A stretch of DNA of 64,000 bases from Oscillospiraceae bacterium (GCA_031549535.1 JAVBPP010000024.1:10180-74179), one strand, 5' to 3'; counted from the first letter of the stretch, positions 44,267 to 53,410 are shown. Numbers and translations: made by a program. The notes: generated from the letters alone by a model not told the origin.

Positions 44267-46825
44267 TTGGCTTTTAACGACGAAACGCTGGACATGCAAA
44301 AAATAATACCCGTGGATATCGACAAGGAGATGAAAAAATCCTTTTTGGATTATTCCATGTCGGTTATCATGGCGCGTGCGCTGCCCGATGTGCGGGACGG
44401 CTTAAAACCCGTTCACCGGCGTATTTTATACACCATGTATGAAAATAATTTGTATCCGGATAAGGCTTACCGCAAGTGCGCGGATACGGTGGGTTCGGTT
44501 TTGGGCCGCTACCACCCGCATGGCGACGCCTCTGTGTATGACGCCATGGTGCGCTTGGCGCAGGATTTTTCCATGCGCTATATGCTTGTGGACGGCCACG
44601 GCAACTTTGGCTCCGTAGACGGTGACCCGCCTGCGGCCTACCGTTACACCGAGTCCCGCATGAGCAAAATTTCGCTGGAGCTGCTGACGGATATCGACAA
44701 GGAGACCGTTGATTTCGCGCCGAACTACGATGACCGCCTGCAGGAGCCGACGGTGCTGCCCTCGCGTTACCCGAATCTGTTAGTGAACGGCTCCTCCGGC
44801 ATCGCCGTGGGTATGGCGACCAATATTCCGCCGCACAACATGAACGAGGTTGTGAACGGCATGTCCTGCCTCATTGATAACCCGGAGGCCTCCTTAGAGG
44901 AGCTGATGGAGCATATCAAGGGGCCCGACTTTCCCACAGCCGGTATTATTATGGGCAAGGCGGGTATCCGCGCGGCCTATGGCACCGGGCGGGGGCGCAT
45001 CACCCTACGCGCACGGGCAGAAATTGTGGAAGAAAAGGGCGACCGCTTTAAAATTATCGTCACGGAGCTGCCCTATCAGGTCAACAAGGCCAAGCTAATT
45101 GAATCGATTGCGGAACTGGTGAAGGAAAAGCGCATAGAGGGCATTGCCGACGTTAACGACTATTCCTCCCGCGAGGGGATGCAAATTGAGGTCAAGCTTA
45201 AGCGCGACGCAAACCCCCAGGTGGTATTAAACCAGCTCTATAGCTTTACCCAGTTGCAAACGACGTTCGGCGTTATCATGCTTGCCCTTGTGAATGGGGA
45301 GCCGAAAATCCTGACGCTTAAGGAGATGCTACAGCATTACATTCAATTCCAGTGCGAAATTGTAACCCGCCGCACGCAGCATGATTTGCGCAAGGCGAAG
45401 GAACGCGCCCATATTTTAGCGGGCTTGCTCATCGCGCTGGATTATATTGATGAAGTGATTGCGATTTTACGCGCGTCCAAATCCATTCCGGAGGGCAAGG
45501 AGGCGCTGATTACGCGCTTTGGCCTGGATGATGTGCAGGCGCAGGCCATTGTACAAATGCGCCTTGGTCAGCTCACGGGCATGGAACGCGAGAAGATAGA
45601 GGAAGAAATGCAGCGCCTGGAAACGCTGATTGCGGACTTGGAGGATATCCTGGGCGACAGCGCACGCGTGCTTGCCATCGTTAAGGAGGAGACCGCCGCC
45701 ATCGGTAAAAAATACCACGATGAGCGCCGCACGGAAATTGTCAATATCACGGGCGAAATGGATATTGAGGATTTGATTCCCGAGGAAACCTGCGTCTTTA
45801 CCCTGACAAACATGGGGTATATCAAACGCATGCCCATGGATACCTATCAGACGCAGCGGCGCGGCGGGCGCGGCATTATCGGCATGAGCCGCCGCGAAGA
45901 GGATGTTGCCCAAACGATGTTTTCCTGCTCCACGCATGAGTATGTGATGTTCTTCACCACGCGCGGCAGGGCGTACCGCCTGAAGGGCTACGAAATCCCC
46001 GAGGGCTCCCGCACAAGCAAGGGTATGAACATTGTGAATCTCCTGCCCATTGAGGCAGATGAAAAGGTCTCCGCGATGATTCGCGTGCCGGCCTATGAGG
46101 GCGGGCAATATCTGTGCATGGTTACGCGCAAGGGCATCATCAAGCGCACGGAGCTGGAACTGTATAAAAACGTCCGGAAAAACGGCGTAATTGCCATTAA
46201 TCTGGACGATGACGACGAGCTGGCCTGGGTGCGCCTGACCAGCGGCGGGGATGAACTGATTGTTGCCACCCGGCGCGGTATGGCCATCCGCTTCGCGGAA
46301 TCCGGCGCGCGCTGCGTGGGCAGAACCGCACGCGGTGTGAAGGCGCTGACACTGCGCCCCGGCGACGAGGTTGTGGGCATGGTGGTTGTGGATGAGGAAA
46401 AAAGCGTCCTCACTTTGAGCGAAACCGGCTACGGCAGGCGCAGCAAGCCCGGCGATTTCCGCTGCCAATCCCGCGGCGGCAAGGGGCTCATCAACTATAA
46501 GACCGCCCTGTACGGCGATGTGGCCGCGGTCTGCGTGGTAGATGAAACAGATGATTTGATTCTGATTTCCTCAGACGGCATTATCATCCGCATACCCGTG
46601 GAGCAAATCAGCACCTTCGCAAGGCCCTCCAAGGGTGTGCGCGTGATGCGCGTGACCCAGGGGGAGCGCCTGGTGACGGTGGTGGCCGCTGAGCATGACG
46701 AAGAGGCGGAGGAGACCGACGCCCTGCCCGAGCAAAGCCCCGAGGATGTGCAGGAGGCCGGAAAGGACGCGGGGGATATCGCGGAGGATGAAGCGGAGGA
46801 AACGGCGGAATCCGTAGAAGAATAG
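44267..46825 (+). CDS. gyrA: DNA gyrase subunit A
   Basis: Canonical motifs [20 protein letters not shown], the QRDR-region [10 protein letters not shown] and the catalytic AAYRYTE. Acidic C-terminal tail. The start is TTG at 44267 or ATG at 44294. Confidence 0.97.
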   Translation: MAFNDETLDMQKIIPVDIDKEMKKSFLDYSMSVIMARALPDVRDGLKPVHRRILYTMYENNLYPDKAYRKCADTVGSVLGRYHPHGDASVYDAMVRLAQDFSMRYMLVDGHGNFGSVDGDPPAAYRYTESRMSKISLELLTDIDKETVDFAPNYDDRLQEPTVLPSRYPNLLVNGSSGIAVGMATNIPPHNMNEVVNGMSCLIDNPEASLEELMEHIKGPDFPTAGIIMGKAGIRAAYGTGRGRITLRARAEIVEEKGDRFKIIVTELPYQVNKAKLIESIAELVKEKRIEGIADVNDYSSREGMQIEVKLKRDANPQVVLNQLYSFTQLQTTFGVIMLALVNGEPKILTLKEMLQHYIQFQCEIVTRRTQHDLRKAKERAHILAGLLIALDYIDEVIAILRASKSIPEGKEALITRFGLDDVQAQAIVQMRLGQLTGMEREKIEEEMQRLETLIADLEDILGDSARVLAIVKEETAAIGKKYHDERRTEIVNITGEMDIEDLIPEETCVFTLTNMGYIKRMPMDTYQTQRRGGRGIIGMSRREEDVAQTMFSCSTHEYVMFFTTRGRAYRLKGYEIPEGSRTSKGMNIVNLLPIEADEKVSAMIRVPAYEGGQYLCMVTRKGIIKRTELELYKNVRKNGVIAINLDDDDELAWVRLTSGGDELIVATRRGMAIRFAESGARCVGRTARGVKALTLRPGDEVVGMVVVDEEKSVLTLSETGYGRRSKPGDFRCQSRGGKGLINYKTALYGDVAAVCVVDETDDLILISSDGIIIRIPVEQISTFARPSKGVRVMRVTQGERLVTVVAAEHDEEAEETDALPEQSPEDVQEAGKDAGDIAEDEAEETAESVEE

Positions 46826-46837
46826 GGCAACAAAACG

Positions 46838-46885
46838 CACGCACAATTCACCTTGAAGAAAGTGAATTGTGCGTGATATTTTTTT
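46838..46885 (+). terminator. rho-independent terminator of gyrA
   Basis: A perfect 14-bp stem (46838-46851 pairs with 46862-46875), then ATATTTTTTT. Confidence 0.8.
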
Positions 46886-46926
46886 CGGGACCGGTATTAT
46901 GACGTGTGATCCGTCGCATTCCAGTT

Positions 46927-47031
46927 TATACCAATTACCTTTTAGAATACTTGCAAAATTCGGTAACGAGCGTTTCATGTATGCGCTCTTGCCGAATTTT
47001 GCAGGAAGTATTCTTAATGGTGATGGTATTA
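46927..47031 (-). repeat. RF-B palindromic MITE-like element, copy 2
   Basis: Its reverse complement is about 95% identical to 22677-22782 (4 substitutions and 1 indel by eye). Confidence 0.85.
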
Positions 47032-47059
47032 GCGCATAATCATAGCCGTTTTCCGGATG

Positions 47060-47094
47060 TAATACCAATATCCAAAGAAAGCGTAGATAAAAAA
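47060..47094 (+). repeat. left copy of a perfect 35-bp inverted repeat
   Basis: TAATACCAATATCCAAAGAAAGCGTAGATAAAAAA is the exact reverse complement of 48415-48449. Confidence 0.9.
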
Positions 47095-47500
47095 TCCGCG
47101 CAAAAGCCATACAGCAAAGCTTTTCCTTGATTTTTTATAACGCTTTCTAATGGCGCTTGGTATAAACTCAAAGTTAAACACTCTTGGCTGTCTGTTCCGA
47201 AGGGGGATTTTCGATAGTCAAGCGTACCCCAAATTTGGATAATCTCTACTCGAGCAAACTCCCTAAATCAAAGGGCGTGCAGCGCAGCGACATAGTCCGC
47301 CGTCAACTTCCCTGCCGGATGCAGCGGCGTGGAAACCCATAGAGGCATATGTTGTTGAAAACGTAATAAAATACCGTTGCCGCCGTTTGTATTCAGTTCC
47401 CAACCCAAATTCTCATTGTTTAGATTTGCCGCAAAATGCATAGTCAAACTGCTTGAGAAGCGACACAGGACTTGCGAAGATATTTTTCATCCTGCAAGGC

Positions 47501-47528
47501 AAAAAACGCAGGAATACTTCTGTATTCC
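47501..47528 (-). terminator. terminator after the lipoprotein gene
   Basis: Stem GGAATAC (47511-47517) pairs with GTATTCC (47522-47528) across a 4-nt loop, followed on the minus strand by TGCGTTTTTT. Confidence 0.45.
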
Positions 47529-47594
47529 GAGGATTTTTAACGCAACAGGGTGGAAAATAGACCGCAGGGATGTGTTGATTTTCAAGTAGTTTGA

Positions 47595-48170
47595 CTATAA
47601 AACACGCGGGGAGGGATAGGCCTTTGGCTCCAGTTGCCAGATTGCGGTATAGCCAGAGCGCATGTCCGGAGAGCCTGTGACTTTCTCTTGCACCAGCACA
47701 ACGTGCAGGTTATAGTCCTCCAGCTCAGCGCTGCCGGTGTAGACGTGAATCTTATTTGAGGTTTTATCGAATACCAGCGTGTCTTTTATGCTGTCCTTTT
47801 CAATATTACTCCGGCACTTAACAGTAGTTAATTTTGCGGGTCGAAATGCTTGGATGTATGGAATTTTGACACGCAAAATTTTTACTACTGTTGGTGCAGG
47901 TGTAATAGCATCCTTGTGGACGACCAGATGCTTGGCGTTGTCCAGCAGCCAGCGGTGCAGGGGAACATCATCTTCCAGCTGAATCCCGAGTTCGTTTGAT
48001 AGCGCATCCACGTCCTTCTGTGGCAATTCAAGGATAAACCAAGGTGTAATCGTGTTTGCCAGAGCGAAATATTGCAGATGTCTTTGTGCGCTGCGTAATG
48101 CCGCGCAGCTTGCCGCGACGAATGCAAGGCAGAGAATTGCGATGAGGCTAAGCAGATACTTGCGTTTCAT
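47595..48170 (-). CDS. putative lipoprotein, function unknown
   Basis: An AAGGAG RBS lies 8 nt upstream. The signal peptide MKRKYLLSLIAILCLAFVAASC has a lipobox-like AASC. The gene is lower in GC than its surroundings. Confidence 0.6.
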   Translation of the reverse strand: MKRKYLLSLIAILCLAFVAASCAALRSAQRHLQYFALANTITPWFILELPQKDVDALSNELGIQLEDDVPLHRWLLDNAKHLVVHKDAITPAPTVVKILRVKIPYIQAFRPAKLTTVKCRSNIEKDSIKDTLVFDKTSNKIHVYTGSAELEDYNLHVVLVQEKVTGSPDMRSGYTAIWQLEPKAYPSPRVL

Positions 48171-48208
48171 GGGCGACGTCTCCTTTTTTCATCATCGTAT
48201 CAGTGTGC

Positions 48209-48385
48209 GTCCGATGACGGTTCCCTGTGGCAAACGGCATCCACCGAGAACGACGGTGCGCCCGGTGTGCGCACCCTACGGCGATATGCCCCGCAAATTC
48301 TGCAGATGCCGTCCGGGCAGCCAATCCTGGCCTCCCTCGCCGAGGGAGGTGTCCCCGCAGGGACGCAGGGAGTCCCCGGGGTGCT
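48209..48385 (+). repeat. RF-C GC-rich mosaic palindromic element (single unit)
   Basis: Contains, in order, the modules CCGATG-N-CGGCATCC, GGTGCGCCCGGTGTGCGCACC (48255-48275), CCTCCCTCGCCGAGGGAGG and GTCCCCGCAGGGAC, as in the arrays at 50.9 kb and 55 kb. Confidence 0.8.
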
Positions 48386-48414
48386 CACTGTGGAAAACGA
48401 GTGGGCGTCCCAAG

Positions 48415-48449
48415 TTTTTTATCTACGCTTTCTTTGGATATTGGTATTA
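48415..48449 (-). repeat. right copy of the perfect 35-bp inverted repeat
   Basis: Exact reverse complement of 47060-47094. It overlaps the last ~10 codons and the stop of the P-type ATPase gene. Confidence 0.9.
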
Positions 48450-50395
48450 GGCTTGGCGTAGCGCCCCAACAGCCGCGAGGCGTTGAGCACCGTTACCAGC
48501 AGCACGCCCACATCGGCGAACACGGCGGCGGAGATTGGCGCAAGGCCGCACAATTCCAGCAGCAGGATGGCACCTTTGACGAGCAGGCAGAAGACGATAT
48601 TGCTGTTGACAATGCGCATGGTGCGGCGGCAGATGATTTGTGCGTCCGCCAGGCGGGCGAGGTTGGAGCCAACCAAAATGATATCCGCCGCTTCGCTTGC
48701 GGCCTGGGTGCCAAGCCCCATGGCAACGCCCGCGTCCGCCGCCGCCAGAACCGGGGCATCGTTGATGCCGTCGCCCACAAAAACAACGCTGCCTTCTTGT
48801 TTCATCTGCTCCACGAAGCGCAGCTTTTCCTCCGGCAGCAGACCGGCACGGTAAGTATCCATCCCCAGTTCCTGCGCTAAGGGAAAAGCCTGGCTTTCGC
48901 TGTCGCCCGTGAGCATCACCAGCTGTTTGGCGGCGCCTTTGCCGCTGCGCAGGCGCTGGAAAAGGCTGTGCACCTGCGGACGCAGCTCGCCCGTAAATGC
49001 GATTGCGCCCAAGGCTTTTCCGTCCGCTGCGAGGTAAACGGCGCTTTCCGGCAGGGCGGAAACATCAATTTGCTGCGCCTGCATGAGGCGCAAGCCGCCG
49101 CAGAGAAGCTGCTGCCCTTGATACACGGCCATTGTGCCGCCGCCGGGCATTTCTGAAAAATTCGAAAGCTGTGCGGGGTCAATTGATGTGCGTGGCAGGC
49201 TTTGCGTTGCGTGGGTGACAATTGCTTTCGCGAGGGGATGTGTGCTGTGTGTTTCACAGGCCGCCGCGAGCAGCAACAGGGTATCCGGGGAAATGCCCGG
49301 TGCGGGGGTCAGCTCGGAAACGCTCATTTCGCCCGTGGTAAGTGTTCCGGTTTTATCAAAAGCAAAGTGCCTTGCCTTGGCCAGATTTTCTAAAAAGATG
49401 CCGCCTTTGATGATAATGCCCTGCTTGGCCGCTGCGCCCATTCCGGCAAAAAAACTCAAGGGAACGCTCAACACCAGCGCACAGGGGCAGCTCGCCACCA
49501 AAAAACCCAGCGCACGCCGCAGCCATTCCTGCCAATCTCCTGTAATCAGGGAGGGAATCACGAATAGCAACACCGCCAAAACCACAACGGTGGGTGTGTA
49601 CACTCGCGCAAAGCGAGTAATTTTTTTATGGGCGCTGCCCTTGCGCTCCACGGCGTCCTCCACCATGCGAATGATACGCGCGGCGGCGGAGTCTGTTACG
49701 GTGGAACTCACCCGCACCACAAGTGTGCCGTCCGCGTTCATCATTCCGCTGGAAACACGTTCGCCGGGCACAGCCCCCACGGGTAGGGATTCGCCTGTCA
49801 GCGCGGCGGCGTCCAGACTGGAGCTGCCGCGCAGGATAACGCCGTCCAGCGGGACACGCTCATGCGGAAGAATGACAATTTCACTTGCGACGGCAATTTC
49901 CGCCGCCGCAACGGTTTGCATCTTGCCGTCCGCCAAGAGAAGATGTGCGGTGTCCGGCTGGAGGTCGGAGAGGGAGCGTATCATATTGCGGCTGCGCCGG
50001 GAGGCATAGTCTTCAAACGCCTCCCCAATGCGGAAAAACAGCGTTACCGCCGCGCCCTCCGCAAACTCGCCCATGCCGAAGGCCGCAAGGGAGGCGATGG
50101 ACATCAGCAGCGTTTCATCCATCTCCCCGTGGCGCAGAGTTTTGTAGCCTTGTATCACAACAGGGTAGCCGGAAATCAAGGCCGAAAGGGCAAATAGAAT
50201 TGCCTTCGGCCAGCCCTCTATCATGGGCAGGAACGCAAGCGCGAGCAGCAGCGCGGAAATACCCATCTCCCAAAGGCCGCGCGCTGTCCCTTTTTCCGCA
50301 TCGGCATGCGCATGTTTATGGCCGCAGCCGCAAAGGGACTCCGGCTGGGCTTGCACCCCGCAGTTGCAGTTTTTTTCGTTATAACACTCTGACAT
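48419..50395 (-). CDS. heavy-metal translocating P1B-type ATPase (Zn/Cd/Co-type)
   Basis: CPC transmembrane motif (ASCPCALV), DKTGTLT phosphorylation site, GDGINDAP hinge and a Cys/His-rich N-terminus. Confidence 0.92.
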   Translation of the reverse strand: MSECYNEKNCNCGVQAQPESLCGCGHKHAHADAEKGTARGLWEMGISALLLALAFLPMIEGWPKAILFALSALISGYPVVIQGYKTLRHGEMDETLLMSIASLAAFGMGEFAEGAAVTLFFRIGEAFEDYASRRSRNMIRSLSDLQPDTAHLLLADGKMQTVAAAEIAVASEIVILPHERVPLDGVILRGSSSLDAAALTGESLPVGAVPGERVSSGMMNADGTLVVRVSSTVTDSAAARIIRMVEDAVERKGSAHKKITRFARVYTPTVVVLAVLLFVIPSLITGDWQEWLRRALGFLVASCPCALVLSVPLSFFAGMGAAAKQGIIIKGGIFLENLAKARHFAFDKTGTLTTGEMSVSELTPAPGISPDTLLLLAAACETHSTHPLAKAIVTHATQSLPRTSIDPAQLSNFSEMPGGGTMAVYQGQQLLCGGLRLMQAQQIDVSALPESAVYLAADGKALGAIAFTGELRPQVHSLFQRLRSGKGAAKQLVMLTGDSESQAFPLAQELGMDTYRAGLLPEEKLRFVEQMKQEGSVVFVGDGINDAPVLAAADAGVAMGLGTQAASEAADIILVGSNLARLADAQIICRRTMRIVNSNIVFCLLVKGAILLLELCGLAPISAAVFADVGVLLVTVLNASRLLGRYAKPNTNIQRKRR

Positions 50396-50404
50396 GACAA
50401 TTCC

Positions 50405-50815
50405 TCACTTCTTTACGCCAATTTCGCGCAGGTGGGATAGGCCGGTTTCAATAATTTCTTTGACGTGGTCGTCGTCCAGCGCGTAAAAAATTGTTTTGCC
50501 GCTGCGGGTCGGGCGCACAAGACCGCTCGTGCGTAGAATACGCAGTTGGTGCGAGACCGCGCTTTGCCCCATTTCCAGCTGCTGTGCAATATGCTGCACG
50601 CACATTTCCCCCTGCATCAAGGCGGTTAAAATGCGGATACGCGTAGAATCTCCAAACACCTTAAACAGTTCGGAAAGGTCATACAGGGTTTCAATGTCGG
50701 GCTGTTCAGCCGCGTGGAGCAGGCAACAATCCTCCGCCGTACAAGGGGGTTGGGTATGCTTATGTTCTTCCATAGGTATCACATCCGACGCATAATCATA
50801 TGAGCAATTGTTCAT
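50405..50815 (-). CDS. ArsR/SmtB family metalloregulatory repressor
   Basis: Winged-helix core FKVFGDSTRIRILTAL ... CVQHIAQQLEMGQSAVSHQLRIL with N-terminal Cys residues. Lies directly upstream of the ATPase. Confidence 0.9.
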   Translation of the reverse strand: MNNCSYDYASDVIPMEEHKHTQPPCTAEDCCLLHAAEQPDIETLYDLSELFKVFGDSTRIRILTALMQGEMCVQHIAQQLEMGQSAVSHQLRILRTSGLVRPTRSGKTIFYALDDDHVKEIIETGLSHLREIGVKK

Positions 50816-50818
50816 ATG
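50797..50818. promoter_or_regulatory. candidate ArsR/SmtB operator (22-bp imperfect palindrome)
   Basis: CATATGAGCAA paired with TTGTTCATATG gives 10 of 11 matching positions. It spans the arsR start codon, just downstream of the predicted -10. Confidence 0.5.
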
Positions 50819-50826
50819 TTGCCTTT

Positions 50827-50855
50827 AGTATAAGCCGCTGATGCGGCTTTGTCAA
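50827..50855 (-). promoter_or_regulatory. sigma-70-like promoter of the arsR-ATPase operon
   Basis: On the minus strand: TTGACA (50850-50855), a 17-nt spacer, then TATACT (50827-50832). Confidence 0.55.
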
Positions 50856-50900
50856 GAGATTTTTAAATAAATAAAGAATTGGGCATTGCAAAACGACCGA

Positions 50901-51383
50901 AACGGCAGGCGGCCAAGGCCGGCCTCCCTCGCCGCGGGAGCTGTCCCCGCAGGGACGGAGGGGGTCGTCAGCGTTCCGATGCCGATCGCCTGCAGCAGAC
51001 GGCATCCAAAGGGAACGACGGTGCGCCCGGGTGTGCGCACCCTACACGATATGCCCCGCAAATTCCGCCGATGTTGTTTAGGCAGCCAATCCCCGCCTCC
51101 CTCGCCGAGGGAGCTGTCCCCGCAGGGACGGAGGGGGTCGTCAGCGTAGCTCCACCGGGTAAAAAGCGGACGACGCCCACGTCGTCCCGATGCCGGTTCT
51201 CTCCGGCAGAGGGCATCCAAAGGGAACGTCGGTGCGCCCGGGTGTGCGCACCCTACACGATATGCCCCGCGATTTTCGCCGCTCCGTCCGGATTGCCTGG
51301 TAGATGCCGGTTCCCTGTTGCAAATGGCTTCCACCGGGAACGGCGGGTGACCGGGGACGCGCCCCTACAACATATGCCCACAG
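50901..51383 (+). repeat. RF-C GC-rich mosaic palindromic repeat array (about 3-4 units, one degenerate)
   Basis: Module GGTGCGCCCGGGTGTGCGCACC occurs at 51020-51041 and 51231-51252. CCTCCCTCGCCG(A/C)GGGAG plus CTGTCCCCGCAGGGACGGAGGGGGTCGTCAGCG occurs twice. A diverged unit lies at 51301-51383. Confidence 0.85.
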
Positions 51384-51500
51384 TGAAAGGATGGCCTACG
51401 ACATGTAGGGGCAAATGCGCGTCCAGTACTTTCGCAAGCTCCTGTAAAGCTTGGTATAATACGTATGGTATAAGGCGGGCGTAACAAAAGCGTTTTATAT

Positions 51501-53294
51501 TCACGCAAGGATATTGCCCGTGTCCTCCGTGGGGATAACGTCATTTGGCGGCAAGGTGGGGGTATCGCTTGGCGGCGGCAGGGTGGTCGGCGGGGGCAGA
51601 GTGGTTGGCGGTTCTGTTGGTGCCGCGTCCCAGACGCGAATGGTGAGCTTGGTGCCTTTGCTGTATTTTTTCCCGGCGGTGAGGTTCATGTCCTTCACAA
51701 CGCCCTCTGTTTTTGATCCGTCGTTAGCCACTTTAATCAGATCGTAGTCAAAACCGAGCTTATCAAAGTTGGCTTTTTGGTCTGAAAATTTCTTGCCGGT
51801 CAAATCCGGAAGCTCCACAAGCTCTTTGCCGTTGCTGATGGTTAACACAATTTCGGTGCCCTGCGCAACCCGTTTGCCCGGTTCAATACTTTGCTTTATG
51901 ATGTAGTTGCTTTCCACCGTGTCACTGTAAACGTATACTTCTTTAAAGCTAAAGCGGCTCTGCAAAATCGGATCTTCCAAAACGGAAATATAGGTGCGAT
52001 CGTTGGTGAGGTTTGGCACTTCCAACAATTCGCCCTGTGCCTGGGTTACCTGGCCGGGACTGGTTGTTGTTTCTGCCACGCCGAACAAATCGTCCTTAAA
52101 AACCGTTAACGCCAGTGCCGCAAAAATCACAAGGCCAGCGCCAAGGCTGATGAGCATGGCTTTGATGATGGTGCTGCGCTGCGAATTACTCTTTTTCTCT
52201 ATTGTCGCCGGGCGCGGCCGGGGAGCTGCCGCAGTTGCAGCAGGCCTGGCGTTGGGTTGCCCTGCGCTGCTTTGCCGTGCTGCCTGCTCCAGATAGGCTG
52301 CGCCGGCTACCGAAGCGCTTGGGGAGGCGGAAAGCTCCGCGCGCAGGATATCCACGGTACGCGTGCGGTCCTCCGGCCGAATCTGCATGGCGTTCACCAG
52401 CGCGTGTATCACGTAGGCGGGTACCTGCTCCGCGACCTGGCCGGGCACCATGAGCCTGTCGTTCGTCACGCGTAGGGAGGCGTCAATCGGGTCACTGCCG
52501 GTGAGGGAGCGGTATAACACGCCCGCGAAGGCGTAAATATCCGTCCAGCTCCCCTGCTGCCCCTCAAAGCCATATTGCTCGATTGCGGAATAACCGGGGA
52601 ACAGCTGGGCGTTCAAATCACCGCGCGCCGTCCGCGCCTGCCAAATGCTGAAGCCGGAGAGCCAGACCTTGCCGTCCTGGCTCACAAGCAGGGTGGTGGG
52701 GGAGATGCCGCGATGAATGATTCCGGCGGAATGCAATGTCCCAATGGCGGAAAGCACGGGCATTAAAAGCTGCCGCGCACGCTCCCAGCTGAGGGTGCCG
52801 GTTTTGCTTTTAATGAGCAAATATTCCCGAAGGGTGTTGCCGCTGATATGTTCATAAACCGCGTAGGAGCTGTTATTCTCCTCCAAAATATCCGTTACAC
52901 TGATGAGGGAGGACAGGCCACGCAGGCGCGCGAGCTTCTGCCAAAGCTCTAAAAAACTTTGGCGGCATTCCTCAAAGGTGCGCTCACAGCCGGGCATCAC
53001 GCTTAAAAACGCGCTGTCCTGGCTGCGCTGGGCAATCGAATCCGGGAAAAACTCACGGATGCAAACGGCAATGCGCCGGTTGAGATCCCAGCCAATGTAA
53101 GTGATGCCCTCTCCGTTTTGCTCCAGGGCTTTGCCGAACAAATAGCGGTTGGCTATCACATAACGCACGGGTAAATAGGCGGCGGGCTGCGCAGCTCCAA
53201 CGGCATAACCGCAATGCGGGCACTGTTTGAGCTCCCCGATTTCCCGCATGCAGCTCATGCAAAGATGGTCGGTGTTAATCATAATATTCGGCAC
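51501..53294 (-). CDS. membrane Ser/Thr-kinase-like protein with an N-terminal zinc ribbon and two extracellular PASTA domains; predicted pseudokinase
   Basis: Zinc ribbon CMSC-x10-CPHC. A kinase fold is recognisable (WTDIYAFAGVLYRSLTG), but the motifs are HRGISPTT instead of HRDxKxxN, SGFS instead of DFG, and AVCIRE instead of VAIK. TM helix AMLISLGAGLVIFAALALTVF. Two PASTA-like repeats follow. Confidence 0.8.
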   Translation of the reverse strand: MPNIMINTDHLCMSCMREIGELKQCPHCGYAVGAAQPAAYLPVRYVIANRYLFGKALEQNGEGITYIGWDLNRRIAVCIREFFPDSIAQRSQDSAFLSVMPGCERTFEECRQSFLELWQKLARLRGLSSLISVTDILEENNSSYAVYEHISGNTLREYLLIKSKTGTLSWERARQLLMPVLSAIGTLHSAGIIHRGISPTTLLVSQDGKVWLSGFSIWQARTARGDLNAQLFPGYSAIEQYGFEGQQGSWTDIYAFAGVLYRSLTGSDPIDASLRVTNDRLMVPGQVAEQVPAYVIHALVNAMQIRPEDRTRTVDILRAELSASPSASVAGAAYLEQAARQSSAGQPNARPAATAAAPRPRPATIEKKSNSQRSTIIKAMLISLGAGLVIFAALALTVFKDDLFGVAETTTSPGQVTQAQGELLEVPNLTNDRTYISVLEDPILQSRFSFKEVYVYSDTVESNYIIKQSIEPGKRVAQGTEIVLTISNGKELVELPDLTGKKFSDQKANFDKLGFDYDLIKVANDGSKTEGVVKDMNLTAGKKYSKGTKLTIRVWDAAPTEPPTTLPPPTTLPPPSDTPTLPPNDVIPTEDTGNILA

Positions 53295-53410
53295 TCCTAG
53301 TTATTGTTGCACTTTAAACTGTGACATACAAAATAGATGCAAGTATCGTACCAAAGTTCCCGAAAAAAGTCAATTACAGGATTGTTACCGCAATTTTCCA
53401 ACGATGCATG

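Noticed and set aside
47268-47441. A 57-codon minus-strand ORF (MHFAANLNNENLGWELNTNGGNGILLRF...) inside the inverted-repeat-bounded segment. It is below the ORF-track length cutoff.
   Set aside because: It has no Shine-Dalgarno sequence and lies downstream of the predicted terminator of the lipoprotein gene. An in-frame stop sits 16 codons upstream, so it is not the tail of a longer gene. It may be a gene remnant but cannot be supported as a feature.
50901-51383. Possible CRISPR array, because of regularly repeated palindromic sequence.
   Set aside because: The period is 137-175 bp and nearly the whole unit is repeated, so there are no unique spacers of about 30-40 bp between short repeats. 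No cas genes or leader are present in the window.
50852-51484. ORFs of 160-201 aa in several frames across the 50.9-kb repeat array, and comparable ones at 48227..48880 and 54911..55204.
   Set aside because: They are generated by the stop-poor GC-rich RF-C repeats. The same DNA is open in multiple frames and on both strands, with no RBS. These are repeat artefacts, not genes.
51545-51620. A tandem DNA duplication near the 3' end of the pseudokinase gene, encoding PPTTLPPPTTLPPP.
   Set aside because: This is a short in-frame low-complexity Pro/Thr repeat typical of extracellular linker tails, not an independent element.
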